Source of the DNA: Dicyema japonicum
Taxonomy: Eukaryota > Animalia > Dicyemida
NCBI GenBank assembly: GCA_011109175.1
Contig: RDEW01000023.1
Span: 786,154-850,153 of the forward strand
Length of the DNA: 64,000 bases
Direction of reading: 5' to 3'
Shown: positions 26,640 through 39,130 of the stretch, one piece after another
How positions within the stretch are numbered: the first letter of the stretch is position 1
How the letters are laid out: each line of letters starts with the position of its first letter
Translations under genes and position numbers: made by a program
The notes under the pieces: model-generated
What the model was told of the DNA's origin: nothing
The model's input: only the letters and a program-made list of their open reading frames with translations
Database searches by the model: none

Positions 26640-27060
26640 TCTTTGTTGAGAGAAACCTCACAAATATGACTTGCTAGCAAATGAACTTTGGCTACTCTAT
26701 GAATGCCGAGTGAAGATTATTCCAGTGGTTTTGACATAAGATGGAGTTGTCTTAAGATGCTTCAAGAATCATATGGATAAATTATCTATTGAAGAATCAA
26801 CGAGGACATCCATCCAATCGGTTGTTCTAAAGAGAACGCTCGAAAGTATGCTCATTGAACATAAGCATGGGATGAAGGTAAACGATGAAGAGTACGTCTC
26901 TGCTATTTCCCAACTTGTGGAACTGTCATGCTGTGAGGATAGCCCACTAGACTCTAACGGAGATATTTCGACTGAATCTGATGTGGAGATTGGGAGTAAC
27001 AGGGAGTTTATGGCACACTCTTCTTCTAAGAGAAGACAATCTGGATTAAAATTCGCTTAA
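26640..27060 (+). mobile_element. RLE C-terminus of a non-LTR retrotransposon (includes ORF 26773-27060)
   Basis: EKPHKYDLLANELWLLYECRVKIIPVVLT*DGVV...SIQSVVLKRTLES. The TAA sits where W of a TWDG motif is expected, so the ORF is a TE tail rather than a host gene. Confidence 0.7.
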
Positions 27061-27089
27061 TTAGTTATTTTACTCGTTATTTATTATTA

Positions 27090-27900
27090 TTACTAAAAGC
27101 AGTCCCGAGAAAACATAAATTAGTTAAGTTTCCCTTGTTCTGTATTCCTAATCATCCTCTCTGTCAACCTCGACCATGATCCTCTGTTACGCGCTAGTTC
27201 TCTAAGGTAGTCCAGATCGTCCGCCGAAGTTAGTCTCATACCAACCGTCGATAGGGCTTTGTTCAAGATACTCGGAAGTGTCGTTCTTGGCATTCCGCGT
27301 AATCTGTCTCCTGTGTGCGCGGAGTAGTTATCCATTGCGACATTTGCGGGGACCTGGTCATTTAAGCGTACCACGTGTCCAAAAAGGCTCCATCTTGATT
27401 TGAAAATATCATCTGACAACACGCAGTATTTGCATTCATTATAAAGGTTTGCATCAGAGATCTTCATAGGCCAGTTGATCTTACCGATTTGAGCTGAACT
27501 CTGTGGAAAGAGTCAAGACGGTCCATTTCCCGTTTAGAGATTCCCCAAATCCCAGAGTTGTAGGTTAGTACCAGGATGACAAAAGTATCTTCTAAGCCTG
27601 GTGTTTAGTTCTATCCTCTTCTTGTGGCTCCATATTGACGTGCGCTCATAACAAGAATCCTCCTACGAGTAACATCTTCAGAGTCTCCTAGAAGCGAGCC
27701 AACCTTCTTTTGCCTCTCTATGACTCTTCCAATCTCCGATCATTACGTGTAAACATTGTAAACTCCGATTTGTCAGGATTTGCGGATAATAACCATTTCG
27801 AAAATGTGTGGGAGTACACTGAGGATGTGCTAAAGTGTTTGAGTATCCTCAGAAACAAAATCCAGATCGTCCGTTATCTCGTCATAGTTGTTTCCAATCA
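27090..27900 (-). mobile_element. RTE LINE, 5'-truncated copy of a relatively young family
   Basis: RWSLFGHVVR...PANVAMDNY...PRTTLP. It differs at 12 of 115 residues from the copy at 54758-55105 and has a (TAA)n tail. Confidence 0.85.
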
Positions 27901-28364
27901 GGAGCCTGAACTCTCTTAGTGCAGCTAATCAGATAATTAACTCATTTTATTTTTTCAAGTTCAATTTTTATATTTACATATTTTTCCATATTTTAGTTTT
28001 AGAAATCTTACTCGCTTAGTCATAAATTCTGTTTGTGACTCTTAAGTAAAAAACGAGTAGAAAACGTCCTTCTCCACTTAAATGAACTGAGACTTTTCCC
28101 CTCATATCAGAGCACCTTTCAAAATGTCTTTTTTTGCTACGAAATATTCAACCAGAACATAAAGTCAATTCTACAAAGCATGGTGATTTTTCAAGAAAAA
28201 TATCCAATTGGCGATGCACGAAAACTAGCTGTGGAAGAACTCCAAAAATATTAAAATTGAAAGTTCAACATTTAATTATTGGAAGTAGTATGCCAAGACA
28301 ACTAATATTGGAAGCTTCATCGTCAGTCATTATTTATTTAACAACCCAAGACCACGGTAAATTA

Positions 28365-29120
28365 AACTAGTTATCACGTGATCCCGATGCATTTTAGCAG
28401 AGACCTCATTTTTGCCCGGTGTTCTTTACTCATGCCCGGGCATAAACGTACAGAACGGCTGACTGAATTTTTAGGGCCACATTCCCGTGATCTGGAGTCT
28501 AGTCTCATAAGGTCTACTAGAAGCGTAAGCCCGGTTCGATGATCTTCACAAATCCAACGCTACGTTACTTTGTAAGCTCTATTTTGCATTTCCTCAATTT
28601 TCCTTATATTTGCCCAAGATATGGACGGTCCTTACGAGGAAAATGCATATGAGGAATATGGCTCAATATACTGTTTGTACACGTTCATCAAGACTGGGTG
28701 AGTACTGAGTCACTCTTCCATATTCCCGATAAAATAATCAATACGTTCAGTTTCTTCTAGCATTTCAATGCAATGTTTTCTACGTGTGGAGTCAGACAGA
28801 GATGTATATCACTTGTCACACCCAAGATCCTTGACATCCGTTGAAAGGGATGCCGACCTTGATTAACATCAAGGTGACTGTTTTCCTTCCTAATCTTTTG
28901 TCGAAAGTAAAAAGTGACGTAGACGACTTATCTGCATTCACCACGAGCCGGCTTTCCATTATCCAGCTTAATTTATATTCTTTCTGTGACCTTCTAGATG
29001 TTCTGATCTCGCAAAGCCAACAAAACATCATCCGAATAGGCAAGTAGAACATCATATTCAAGAGTGGGGATATCAGCCAGAAAGAGGTTAAACAGAGCAG
29101 AGGATAAAGAAGATCCTTAT
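28365..29120 (-). mobile_element. Jockey/I-like LINE family A, 3' part
   Basis: LMNVYKQYIEPYSSYAF...IRKIEEMQNRAY. Same 3' end as 4490 and 32330. Confidence 0.75.
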
Positions 29121-29289
29121 GAATTTAATCAAATCAAAATTAAGGAGCCAAATTACTAATGCAAATTTGCAATCTTGTCTTATGTTAAAAATGTCGAGTT
29201 ACGACTCAGACCAAACACTATTGGCGAAGGAAATGCAGGGTCAATTATCTCATTAATTAGAATAGATTTCTTTTTTTAATGTAAAGTTA

Positions 29290-30200
29290 ATGTAATTAAA
29301 TTAACACAGTCAACCATCCAAAGTGGACCCCGCCGACATTATCGACGTTGCGTCGCCTCTCACGATTGCAACTGAGATCAACTGGAGAAGCCACCGGGTC
29401 TCACGTGCGTCGTGGCTTTTTAGTGTAGCTAGGCGCCCAAGTTTCTTAAGAAGCGAAGCTATTTTTCACTTATTCCTCCAGTTGTCATAACTTTATGTTT
29501 TATTATTCTAAAAAGTGGCTCTTCAAAATTTTTAATTGCCAAAAACCAAAAATTGGCTTTTTGGCTTAAAAGGTTGTCGATCCCTGCCCTAAATAAATCC
29601 CTGTCCTAGACGACTCAGGAACTCCAGCGTCGCAGGCGCAAGGGAACCAGACGTTTCAACCGTGAACTAAAAAAACAAAAAATCCTCGGGTAGGACCCCG
29701 TACCTTGCCCGTTTTGACCTCTCGGCCTTCTCAGCGGCAGAAAAGTCTCCAGATGTATCCTGATGTAGATTGCAAGGTGTGAATGTGTCGGTGGAGATGA
29801 CGTCCAAGACAAAAGGTTTATGGCTTCAAAGGGGAAGATGCTCAACCCATCTGGTCATTCCCTTCATGTCTGCGAAAGCCAACTGGTTCGAGCATATAAG
29901 GGTGTCCTGCAGTATCCAAAGCTCGTTTAACGACTTTGTTCAAGACCATGGATTTGGGGCACAGACTTTTAATCCGAACAAGTCTTTGAAATTGAAGTGG
30001 ATGGGAAAACATTAGTTAAGAATGACAAAAAATCCTGGGAGTGATCTTCAATACACATATGTGACTCTCTCCCATGTCGAATCTGGTAACTTTGAAAAAT
30101 CAATCTGAAAAAAAACTTAACGTGGCAATGGAAAATCGCGACCATCCTGTACTGAACACGCTTTACCCCAATATATTGATCCATGCATTTCCTATGAATC
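29290..30200 (-). mobile_element. Two CRE-like retrotransposon fragments
   Basis: ISVAIVRGDATSIMSA* at about 29310-29460 (homologous to about 22480). DG(LS)IFPFEA..LSWTSS-type RLE segment at 29600-30000. Confidence 0.7.
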
Positions 30201-30647
30201 GCGGCTACACAAAAAAGGCTATTAGAATGACATAAAAGTTGTCTACGGACAAAAAGAACGCATTGTCGACACTCTTAGAGATTATAATCTAAATGAATTA
30301 AAGAGGAGGGCATATCCAACGTGATCAAGACAACCTGACGAGCATGCGTAGGATCAGGAGAGGAGATATGCTGCAGAGGGGTAGAATCGTCGAACCAAGC
30401 TGTGAGCATATCTTAACTTTGTTGGGGTCACTAATTTTGTTTTTCCTCTTAATGGTGATCTTGTAATTTAATGAGTAGAATCGTCAAACCAAGCTGAGAG
30501 CATATCTTAACTTTGTTGGGGTCACTAATTTTGTTTTTCCTCTTAATGGTGATCTTGTAATTTAATTGCAGTTTTTAATCAATACAGGAGATTTAACGGC
30601 AAATAGATAAGAGACAAATAGATTAACCGAACAAACCATAAGTGATA

Positions 30648-31743
30648 TTACTGCCTAAATGGATATTCCTTGAGATTTTGATATCTATTATAATCAGCCA
30701 ACAAAATACGATTCCAATCCGAGTACCCTGACGGAAGAAGCCAGCGAATGCAGTCTCTCCATGTCCTCTGGGCTTATCACAAAGTCAAATATCTGGCATA
30801 GTTAACCCACGAATACATCAAAGTTGCTTTTAATATGTTGGGGGTTCAGGCTCTTTGTAACAACTGCTGATCCACGTTCGATGTGAAAGCGAAGGAGAAT
30901 CTTAATATAACACGTGGTGTACCTGAACTGCCGATTTATTGTATTTTCCTGCCAATTCTTTAATCACCTCGTTATCCATGAATGAAATATCTTTCTCTTT
31001 ATCAGCCCTAAACTGAGATAACTGCCTAACCACGGCCTATCTGGGGAACCCAGTGGACTGTAGGCAGTGACTATGATCCCCTGGGCAGCACAGTAGTCGA
31101 TCCAGCTTCGGTTATCGATAAAAGGATGAGCCTCAAACTGATTCACGACAGGTCTGATTTTGCAGACTGCCAGAATCCTCTCCAATTGGGAAGGATTAAA
31201 GTTCGATACGCCAATATTCTTCGCCAGTCCAGCGATTTTTACACCTTCCATTCCCCGCCACGTGTCTTCCAATACTCCAGATCCTTCAATAATGTTTCCA
31301 TCTTCATCACGTGGGAATAATTCGTCCCCTTCCTGCAATAATGACGTACCCCACCTTGAAACTCATGGGCCAGTGAACCAAGTACAGATCAACATAGTCG
31401 AGGCCCAAATTATTAAGGGATGCGGTAATATTGTTTATAACGGCCATTTCTCTGTGAAACGTGTTCCATAGCTCGTATAAGAGACCTCGACTACCTTAGT
31501 GGTCACGAATATGTCGGTCCTTTTGATAGTCCCGTCAGAGATTTTTTCATTTATTGCCTTCCCCACCTCAACCTCGTTTCCATAAACATAAGCAGTGTCG
31601 ATGTGTCGGTACCCCAATGTTATCGCATTACTCACTGAGTTGTAGGCGTCAGTTCCAGTTGCCTAAACTGCTAATATAAATTTCACCTTCCACGTTCCAA
31701 GTCCAATTGATGGAAATGCAGTACGATCAGGGAAATAATACAT
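30648..31743 (-). CDS. AKR1: Aldo-keto reductase (AKR1/aldose reductase-like), 8 exons
   Basis: Introns of 24, 23, 22, 23, 22, 24 and 25 nt. [47 protein letters not shown]. The catalytic D-Y-K-H tetrad is intact. Confidence 0.95.
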
Positions 31744-31849
31744 TTGTAGATAAAATTATCTTTTATTTTTTCCAAAAGCAATTTATTAAAAAACATTTTT
31801 ATTTAATATAATTTTTAATACAAAATAATTAGGGCAACCACTTGATGAA

Positions 31850-32330
31850 CGAGTACAAACAGTACATCGAGCCATGTTCCTCATATGCATGCGTTTCGTG
31901 AGGACATTTCATATCTTGGACAAATATGAGGAAATGCTAAAGAGGGCTTACAGAGTAACGGAGCGTTGGATTTGTGAAGATCACCGAACCGGATTTACGC
32001 CTCTGGAGTCCCCTATAAGACTAGACTCCAGATCACGAGAAGGTGGCCGTCCTGTACGTTCATGCGCGGGCACGAAGGAAGAACACCGGCAAAGANTTCA
32101 TATCTTGGACAAATATGAGGAAATGCTAAAGAGGGCTTACAGAGTAACGGAGCGTTGGATTTGTGAAGATCATCGAACCGGATTTACGCCTCTGGAGTCC
32201 CCTATAAGACTAGACTCCAGATCACGGGAAGGCAGCCGTCCTGTACGTTCATGCGCGGGCACGAAGGAAGAACATCGGCAAAGATGAGGTCTCTGTTAGA
32301 ATGCATCGGGATCACGTGATAATTAGTTCT
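31850..32330 (+). mobile_element. Jockey/I-like LINE family A, 5'-truncated copy (internally duplicated across n)
   Basis: Homologous to 28365-28700 and ends GGGATCACGTGATAATTAG. Confidence 0.75.
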
Positions 32331-32369
32331 ACAATTTGTATTGAAATTGATGAAATAATGAAAAAATTC

Positions 32370-33090
32370 TCAACTGAATGTTTGTCATATTCGAAAAGTT
32401 CGTCTCATTCGTCACAGATGCCGCAAGCTATATGACAAGTGGTAGGAATAAATCTAATTTTAGCTGGGCCCTCAATGAAATTTTTATATCCAAATATTTT
32501 CCACATCACTTGTGTTTCACATCTATTACACAATTGTGCTTTAAGATAACCTCATTTCTTCTATTACACAATTGTGCTAAAATCCTACATCACAGATGTT
32601 GATAACCTCACGGTAAAAAACAAAAGATGCTGTAAATGTTGTCACAAATAGGAAATCCACCCGAAGTTGTTGTCACAAGAAAGAGAAGCTGGCTAAAAGC
32701 AGCCAAATACTACCAGAATCTTCCAGAAATTACTAAAATTGTCTCTGAATTTTAATCAAAAATGTTTTGACTTTTAATTATTGTAGGACGAAGAATCAGT
32801 TAATATCCCCACGTTGTTTTCAAGTTTAGCCGAAATGCAGATCTGTGCAACATAAATTTTCATCAGATCGGAATATAAAAAATATATAAAAGCTTTGGAT
32901 ACTAAGTATTCTTGATTTCTCAAATAAAAATCTTTCGCCAAAAATTTACTGATACCTTCGAAACTGTTTCGAAAACTCAGCTTCAGTTGAAAGGGCGATG
33001 TCTCTTTTGATGAAATTATTAAAGATCGAAACTTTAAACCTGAGAATGTTAGGGATATTTAATGTTGTACTACAAAAAATTATTTCGTTT
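32370..33090 (+). mobile_element. hAT-like (CGGBP1/DUF659-type) transposase relic
   Basis: FVTDAASYM, HITCVSHLLHNCA, PEVVVTR.SWLKAAKYY, spread over frameshifts. Confidence 0.65.
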
Positions 33091-33199
33091 ATTTTTCCAT
33101 AAAGCAATTTTCTGGTTGCTTAATAATTCTGGTCTTTGGAATTTTTTATTTCACTACAATTCTAACTACTAATTTGGTTGAACTGGTGACGTGGTTCTT

Positions 33200-33400
33200 A
33201 AATTATGTCAACTTAATCTGCTCATATTGGCGTCAGTCAACGTTCGAAATTTAAAAGAAAAACGGAAAAGGGAGGATTTGATAAATGACTTAATATCTTG
33301 TAAGGTCACTATATGCAGTATACAAGAGACTAAAGTGNTAAGGTCACTATATGCAGTATACAAGAGACTAAAGTGAAGGATGCAGTTGATGGAGAATTAC
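33200..33400 (+). mobile_element. RTE endonuclease N-terminal fragment
   Basis: ASVNVRNL...CSIQETKV. Confidence 0.55.
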
Positions 33401-33999
33401 GGAGAGTTTAGACTTATACACTATGACCTCCATTTAGGGCAGACATCTAGTTTGGGGAACCTCTGTTTTTGGGATAGTTTGAAAGTGGCATAATTTTTAT
33501 GCGGTATTTTCCAAATTTGGATATTATCGGAACCTCCAAGTGGGGCACTAGATTTTTAATTTATACACATATTTGTTATTAATATAAAAATTAATTAAAT
33601 AAAATTTTATTTGAAAGGTGGATCTCATGACGCCTTTTAGATATTGAAGAAGGCATAGACCAGAAGGAAACCATTCTACCAAGCAGGTAGCGGTCCATGA
33701 AGACTCCGGATTGTTACATATGGTGACTATTACTTCACGGTTTTCATGCAGGTAACTTTTCGTTGTGAAATATGTCGCGAGTCCTACGCGCGATGAGTCA
33801 ATGTCAAACAATGTCAATTAAATTAATTTTTTCAAGGTTAAGAATAATTATTATTTTTAACTGTGATTATTAATAACTTATTAGTCACTAATTCAACTTC
33901 TTAAGTCTTTTTAATGTATCTTAATTACTCCAAGTTAATTTTAGGAAAATTAAACTCAAATTCATATTATATTTAAATACAAAACCTTTTCTGAATGTT

Positions 34000-34760
34000 T
34001 CGATGTTGTCTCGTTCAGTATTATTATCTACTACAGTATTAAATCCTGGAGTCCAACGATATCTTTGGAACGGACTAACCCCTACGAAAAAATATAAGAA
34101 ACACCTGTAGATGAGTGAGGCGTTTAATTGTATGAAAAACAGCATTTGGATTGTATCTCACCTAATCCTTTTTATTACCCAAACTCATCACTTTCGGAAC
34201 ACTTCTTGTGATCGTCTGGTTAAATCTCTCCACAGTCCCTTGATTTTGGGGATTGTCGGGTTTTCCATGTATTTGCGTCACATTAAATTATTTGCATAAC
34301 TTTGTCATATGAAAATTCTTGAACTTTGTACCATTGTCCGATTGTAAATATGTACATTGGCCGTAATCCATAAAAATTTCTTCTACTTAATTTCCACTTT
34401 TATTTATTATATTTTTCGTAACAGCATATTTGGAATAAACATAAATAAAAAGCAACCAAGAAAATTAATTATTTTGATTTTTAAATCTATAAAATTACAT
34501 ATAAAAACTTTCAGACCTTTCAAGACCAATCAGATCGACTTGAAATCTCTCATCTCAACAAATTATATTCATCTTGATCTTTCACAAACAATCGCTGGCC
34601 TGACATAACAAGCATAAGACAAAATTTTGCTAGCGTGGATAATAATTTATTTGCGGTAAGTATGGTATTAATCAACCAGGTGTGTGACAGGCAATCCATG
34701 AATTTGCTGTCTGTGTTTGCATCCAAGTCTCAGTTCATTTACTACGGACAGAAGATTTAA
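34000..34760 (-). mobile_element. Ginger2-like integrase relic
   Basis: DERFQVDLIGL and HGKPDNPQNQGTVERFNQTITR on the minus strand. Confidence 0.7.
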
Positions 34761-35989
34761 AGGTGGACTTGAAATATTCCTCGGAAGCATTCACATCCCT
34801 TACACACGAATTCAGAAGATCCTTGGAGAAACTTTCGACTCTCTGATGACGTTCTCCAGTCACACGTGGAGGCGTTAACTAAGAGTCTTCGAAAATGGAA
34901 CGTCCTAAAAGCCATTGTAGAGAAGAACCCCTTTCCTCCTACTGTTTGTANNNNNNNNNNNNNNNNNNNNNNNNNNNNNNNNNNNNNNNNNNNNNNNNNN
35001 NNNNNNNNNNNNNNNNNNNNNNNNNNNNNNNNNNNNNNNNNNNNNNNNNNNNNNNNNNNNNNNNNNNNNNNNNNNNNNNNNNNNNNNNNNNNNNNNNNNN
35101 NNNNNNNNNNNNNNNNNNNNNNNNNNNNNNNNNNNNNNNNNNNNNNNNNNNNNNNNNNNNNNNNNNNNNNNNNNNNNNNNNNNNNNNNNNNNNNNNNNNN
35201 NNNNNNNNNNNNNNNNNNNNNNNNNNNNNNNNNNNNNNNNNNNNNNNNNNNNNNNNNNNNNNNNNNNNNNNNNNNNNNNNNNNNNNNNNNNNNNNNNNNN
35301 NNNNNNNNNNNNNNNNNNNNNNNNNNNNNNNNNNNNNNNNNNNNNNNNNNNNNNNNNNNNNNNNNNNNNNNNNNNNNNNNNNNNNNNNNNNNNNNNNNNN
35401 NNNNNNNNNNNNNNNNNNNNNNNNNNNNNNNNNNNNNNNNNNNNNNNNNNNNNNNNNNNNNNNNNNNNNNNNNNNNNNNNNNNNNNNNNNNNNNNNNNNN
35501 NNNNNNNNNNNNNNNNNNNNNNNNNNNNNNNNNNNNNNNNNNNNNNNNNNNNNNNNAGATTTTCGTTGTCAGAGCTAAATCAATGCGTAAGAACCTTACA
35601 TAATGCTTTCTAGGGTTCTGATGACACTTTGAGAGTCTCCGAGATCACCACTTGAACCAATCACGGAGTTTGGTTTGAAAACTGAGAATCTACTTGAGTT
35701 GTTATTGAGTTTTAGCGAGCCGTGGTTGACAGTGCAGCAATCCCCTGCCAAAACTATCCCATCCTTGTATTTACAGCCAATAATGCCGTTTTGTAATATC
35801 CCAATACTATTTTGTGTGTTAAAGCATAATCAGTATGATAAATTAAGGTTAAAAGTGACACACATACCTCATGTGGAGTGTATATTATTTTATTATATTT
35901 TTTAAATATAAATTAATTTAATAACCTTTTAACGTCATGTGGTTCCAAAAAATTCTGAAGTCGCACGGAATACAATAAATATATTACAT

Positions 35990-38440
35990 TTTTTGGTTGA
36001 GGTGGTTACATATGTCTACAAAGGATTCAGAACAATTTAATTCCCTGACTATCTTAACCTTCAATGTCAGAAGCCTGAATAACGTGGCTAAGAGGCAGCT
36101 TTTATGTTCCGATGTTGAGAAATACCGGGGTTCTGCATGCTGCCTGCAGGAGACTAAAATTAAAATGGATTCAATGAAATACATCCAAATTACAGGTTAT
36201 TATTGCTTGCCTCGGAATCGAGGCATTATGGACAAGACTTTGCCATACACAAGGACTATATTCTCAGAATATATCATTATCGGGAAGTCAATGACAGAAT
36301 CAGTGTCTTACAACTACGTACAAGATCACGCAGAAATTCGAGGAGACTAATCGCAATTATCAACGTTTACGTACCAGTGGACGTATCCTAAAAAATCCGG
36401 AAGAACTCGACCTTTTCTACGAGGAATTGGAAGGACATTAACAGACCTCAGTTCATCATACTTATTGCTTATTGCCTGAAACTGGAATGTGAAAGTGAGA
36501 ATCCGTAGAGGAAATGAAAGTTTCATTGGCCAGCACGGAAGAGGAATCAGAAATTTCTCGGGAACCATCTTGGCGGAGTTTGCCAGGCATTTTATCTGTT
36601 CCTATGTAATACTGGTTTCCAACATCCCGTCCGTTATAAAACAACATGGACTGGGCAACGATTCTTACCTACAGAAGGTTCTGTTAACATTTTCAACCAA
36701 ATTGACTACATCATCTGCCGAGTTAAAGAAAGATCACTCCTACGTGCCTCGAGGTCTTACGGAGGTGCAGCTATCGACAGTGATCACAAGATAGTCTCTG
36801 CCAAGTTCACAACGAGGACTTTAACTGAACTAATAAGAAGAGAGCCAAACGTAGATGTAAGAAGAAGCTACAAAATGGACATCTTGTTGCTCGTTACCCA
36901 ACTAGATTAAGCTATCACACCTGACTTAAGAATGGCCGCTCTCCTGGACCGGATGGAATCAATTCAGAACTTTTCAAATACGGGCCACTTGCACTAACGG
37001 ACAAACTGGCGGAACTGCTCAACTCTATGTTCATAAAAAATACTCCGCTCTTGGATCCGGACTATTAATACCAATACAAAAACCTAACAAGCATGCTGGG
37101 CCTGTTGAAATCCTACATCCAATAATCCTGCTAAACACGTTACGGAAACTTCTGACATTAGATACGTTGAACCAAATTAGAGAAAAGTGGACGACTATCT
37201 ATCCCCTAGTCACAGTGGATTCAGGACAGGAAGATCCACTGCGGATGTAGTATGGAGCCACAAGTGGCGCTGTGCTATCAACCAGAGATTTTAAAGTGCA
37301 CCAACAGTCCTGGGAATAGACCTCTCTAGGGCCTTTGACACGGTCCGCCGTGGTCTACTTCTCAGGATACTGAAACAATTCTTGGACCCTAATTCTGTCA
37401 GTATGATCCAAGTGTTCCTATCTAACACGAAGCTCAGAGTGCGGGTCGGTGAGACGTTTTACAGTGAATTTACGTTCAATGATGGCACTCCTCAAGGAGA
37501 TTCCCTTTCGCCTCTGCTATGTGTCATATATCTGGATCGGCATTACGAGATCTTTGGAAGTTCTATGATGGCTTAGGCGGACGACGTCGACTTTGTGTCA
37601 GAAGACAAATCGTCCCTACTTTGACACCTCGAGGTGGCACCTGCTGAACTGGTTTCTTGGAATGAACATCACAAAAACCGACATTGTAGAAATCAGGAGA
37701 ATGTTAAGAAGATCAATTAAAACATAGCGAAAAACGAACAAACTTGGCCTTTTACTTGAAGACAGTCAAGATATTGCCAGGAGGAAAGCCCTCGCTTGGG
37801 CAACGATGAACAAATTGAAGAAAAGGTGGATTGGCAAACGACGATCTTGCACATCACTTCGTTTGAGACTGTATGAAGTCTTTGTCAAGCTGATCCTAAT
37901 GTACAATTCATCGACCCGAGGAACGTCCAAAACCAGAGAACTTAGACTAGACTCTTTCCATCAAAGACAACTACTAGGACTGAACTGGCCAGCAAAAATA
38001 AACAAGGAATCGCTGTACAAGAGATGTTGCAAGAAATTGCTGAAATGCGCTGGAGGCTATTTGGACATGTCTTGCGTATGGACTTGGGCGCTCCAGCAAA
38101 CATAGCAATGGAGGATTACTTCAGGAGACAGGGAAAGTGTTTTTGTGGACGCCGGCTTATTGCCCTACCAGAAACACTTGACGGAAATGTAAAGCTTGTG
38201 AACAAACGTCTAAGAAATGGGGACGACCTGGACGAGCTGAGGAAATTTTTGTGGACGCCGGCGTATTGCCCTACCAGAAACACTTGACGGAGATGTAAAG
38301 CTTGTGATCAAACGTCTAAGAAATGGGGACGACCTGGACGAGCTGAGGAAATTTTCTTACGTTCGAGGAAATTGAAAGAAGTTGGTTAGGAAGATTGTTT
38401 TGAAAGCTACACGAGTGAAGTTATAACTATTATGATTTTA
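35990..38440 (+). mobile_element. Near full-length but heavily mutated RTE LINE (APE + RT)
   Basis: TFNVRSL...CLQETK, INVYVP, DGINSELFKYG, GFRTGRST, IDLSRAFDTV, GTPQGDSLSPLL, ADDVDF, RWRLFGHVLR. Confidence 0.85.
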
Positions 38441-38529
38441 CTAATGTTCCTAATAATAACATTATATAACGACAAGTAAAGAAACTCGGTTCATTTATGG
38501 GAGATAGCGAAGATATCTTACGTATGAAA

Positions 38530-39130
38530 ACTAGCCAATGCTGCGTTATATTAACTGAAGAATCAATGGCTCAATCAAAGAGGTATCAACACGAAATTGA
38601 GAATCCTATTATACGACTCATTTATAAAACCCGTACTTTTATATAACGCTGGAACTTGGGCGACCTCATCAGTGGATATGGAAAGACTAGACTCATTCCA
38701 CAGAGGTCAGCTGAAAAAAATAACAGGGACTACTTGTCCTACGNCCTACGAGAATATCGAGAAATACTTTATATAAAAAATGCAGCACTAGATTTATCAG
38801 TTTAGAAATACTGGAATCCCAATCCCGATGGAAGCTTTTCGGACACGTGCAGAGGATGGAATTAACATTCCCACCGAACATATCTATGGAAACATACTAT
38901 GTTAGTCAAGAAGGCCGCTATTGTGGAAAACCTAGAGCAACGATGCCAATAGTTTTACAAAAAGATCTGGTTAATATTAAAAGAAATTTCAAAACTGCCG
39001 ATGACCTCGACACTATAAGAGCCTTAGCTAGGAACAGGGGAGCATTGAAAAGATGACATCTAACATTGTTTTTTGCTGCACATGCGAGACTATAAGTAGT
39101 ATGGCTACCGTGAAGTGCTTAAATAATAAT
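38530..39130 (+). mobile_element. RTE LINE 3' fragment; its terminus matches the SINE tail
   Basis: GKPRATMP...KTADDLDTIRALARNR. Ends ctgcacatgcgagactataagtagtatggctaccgtgaagtgcttaaataataat. Confidence 0.7.

Noticed and set aside
26773-27060. 95-aa ORF that looks like a host gene exon
   Set aside because: The upstream in-frame sequence carries retrotransposon RLE motifs across a single stop, so it is a TE tail.
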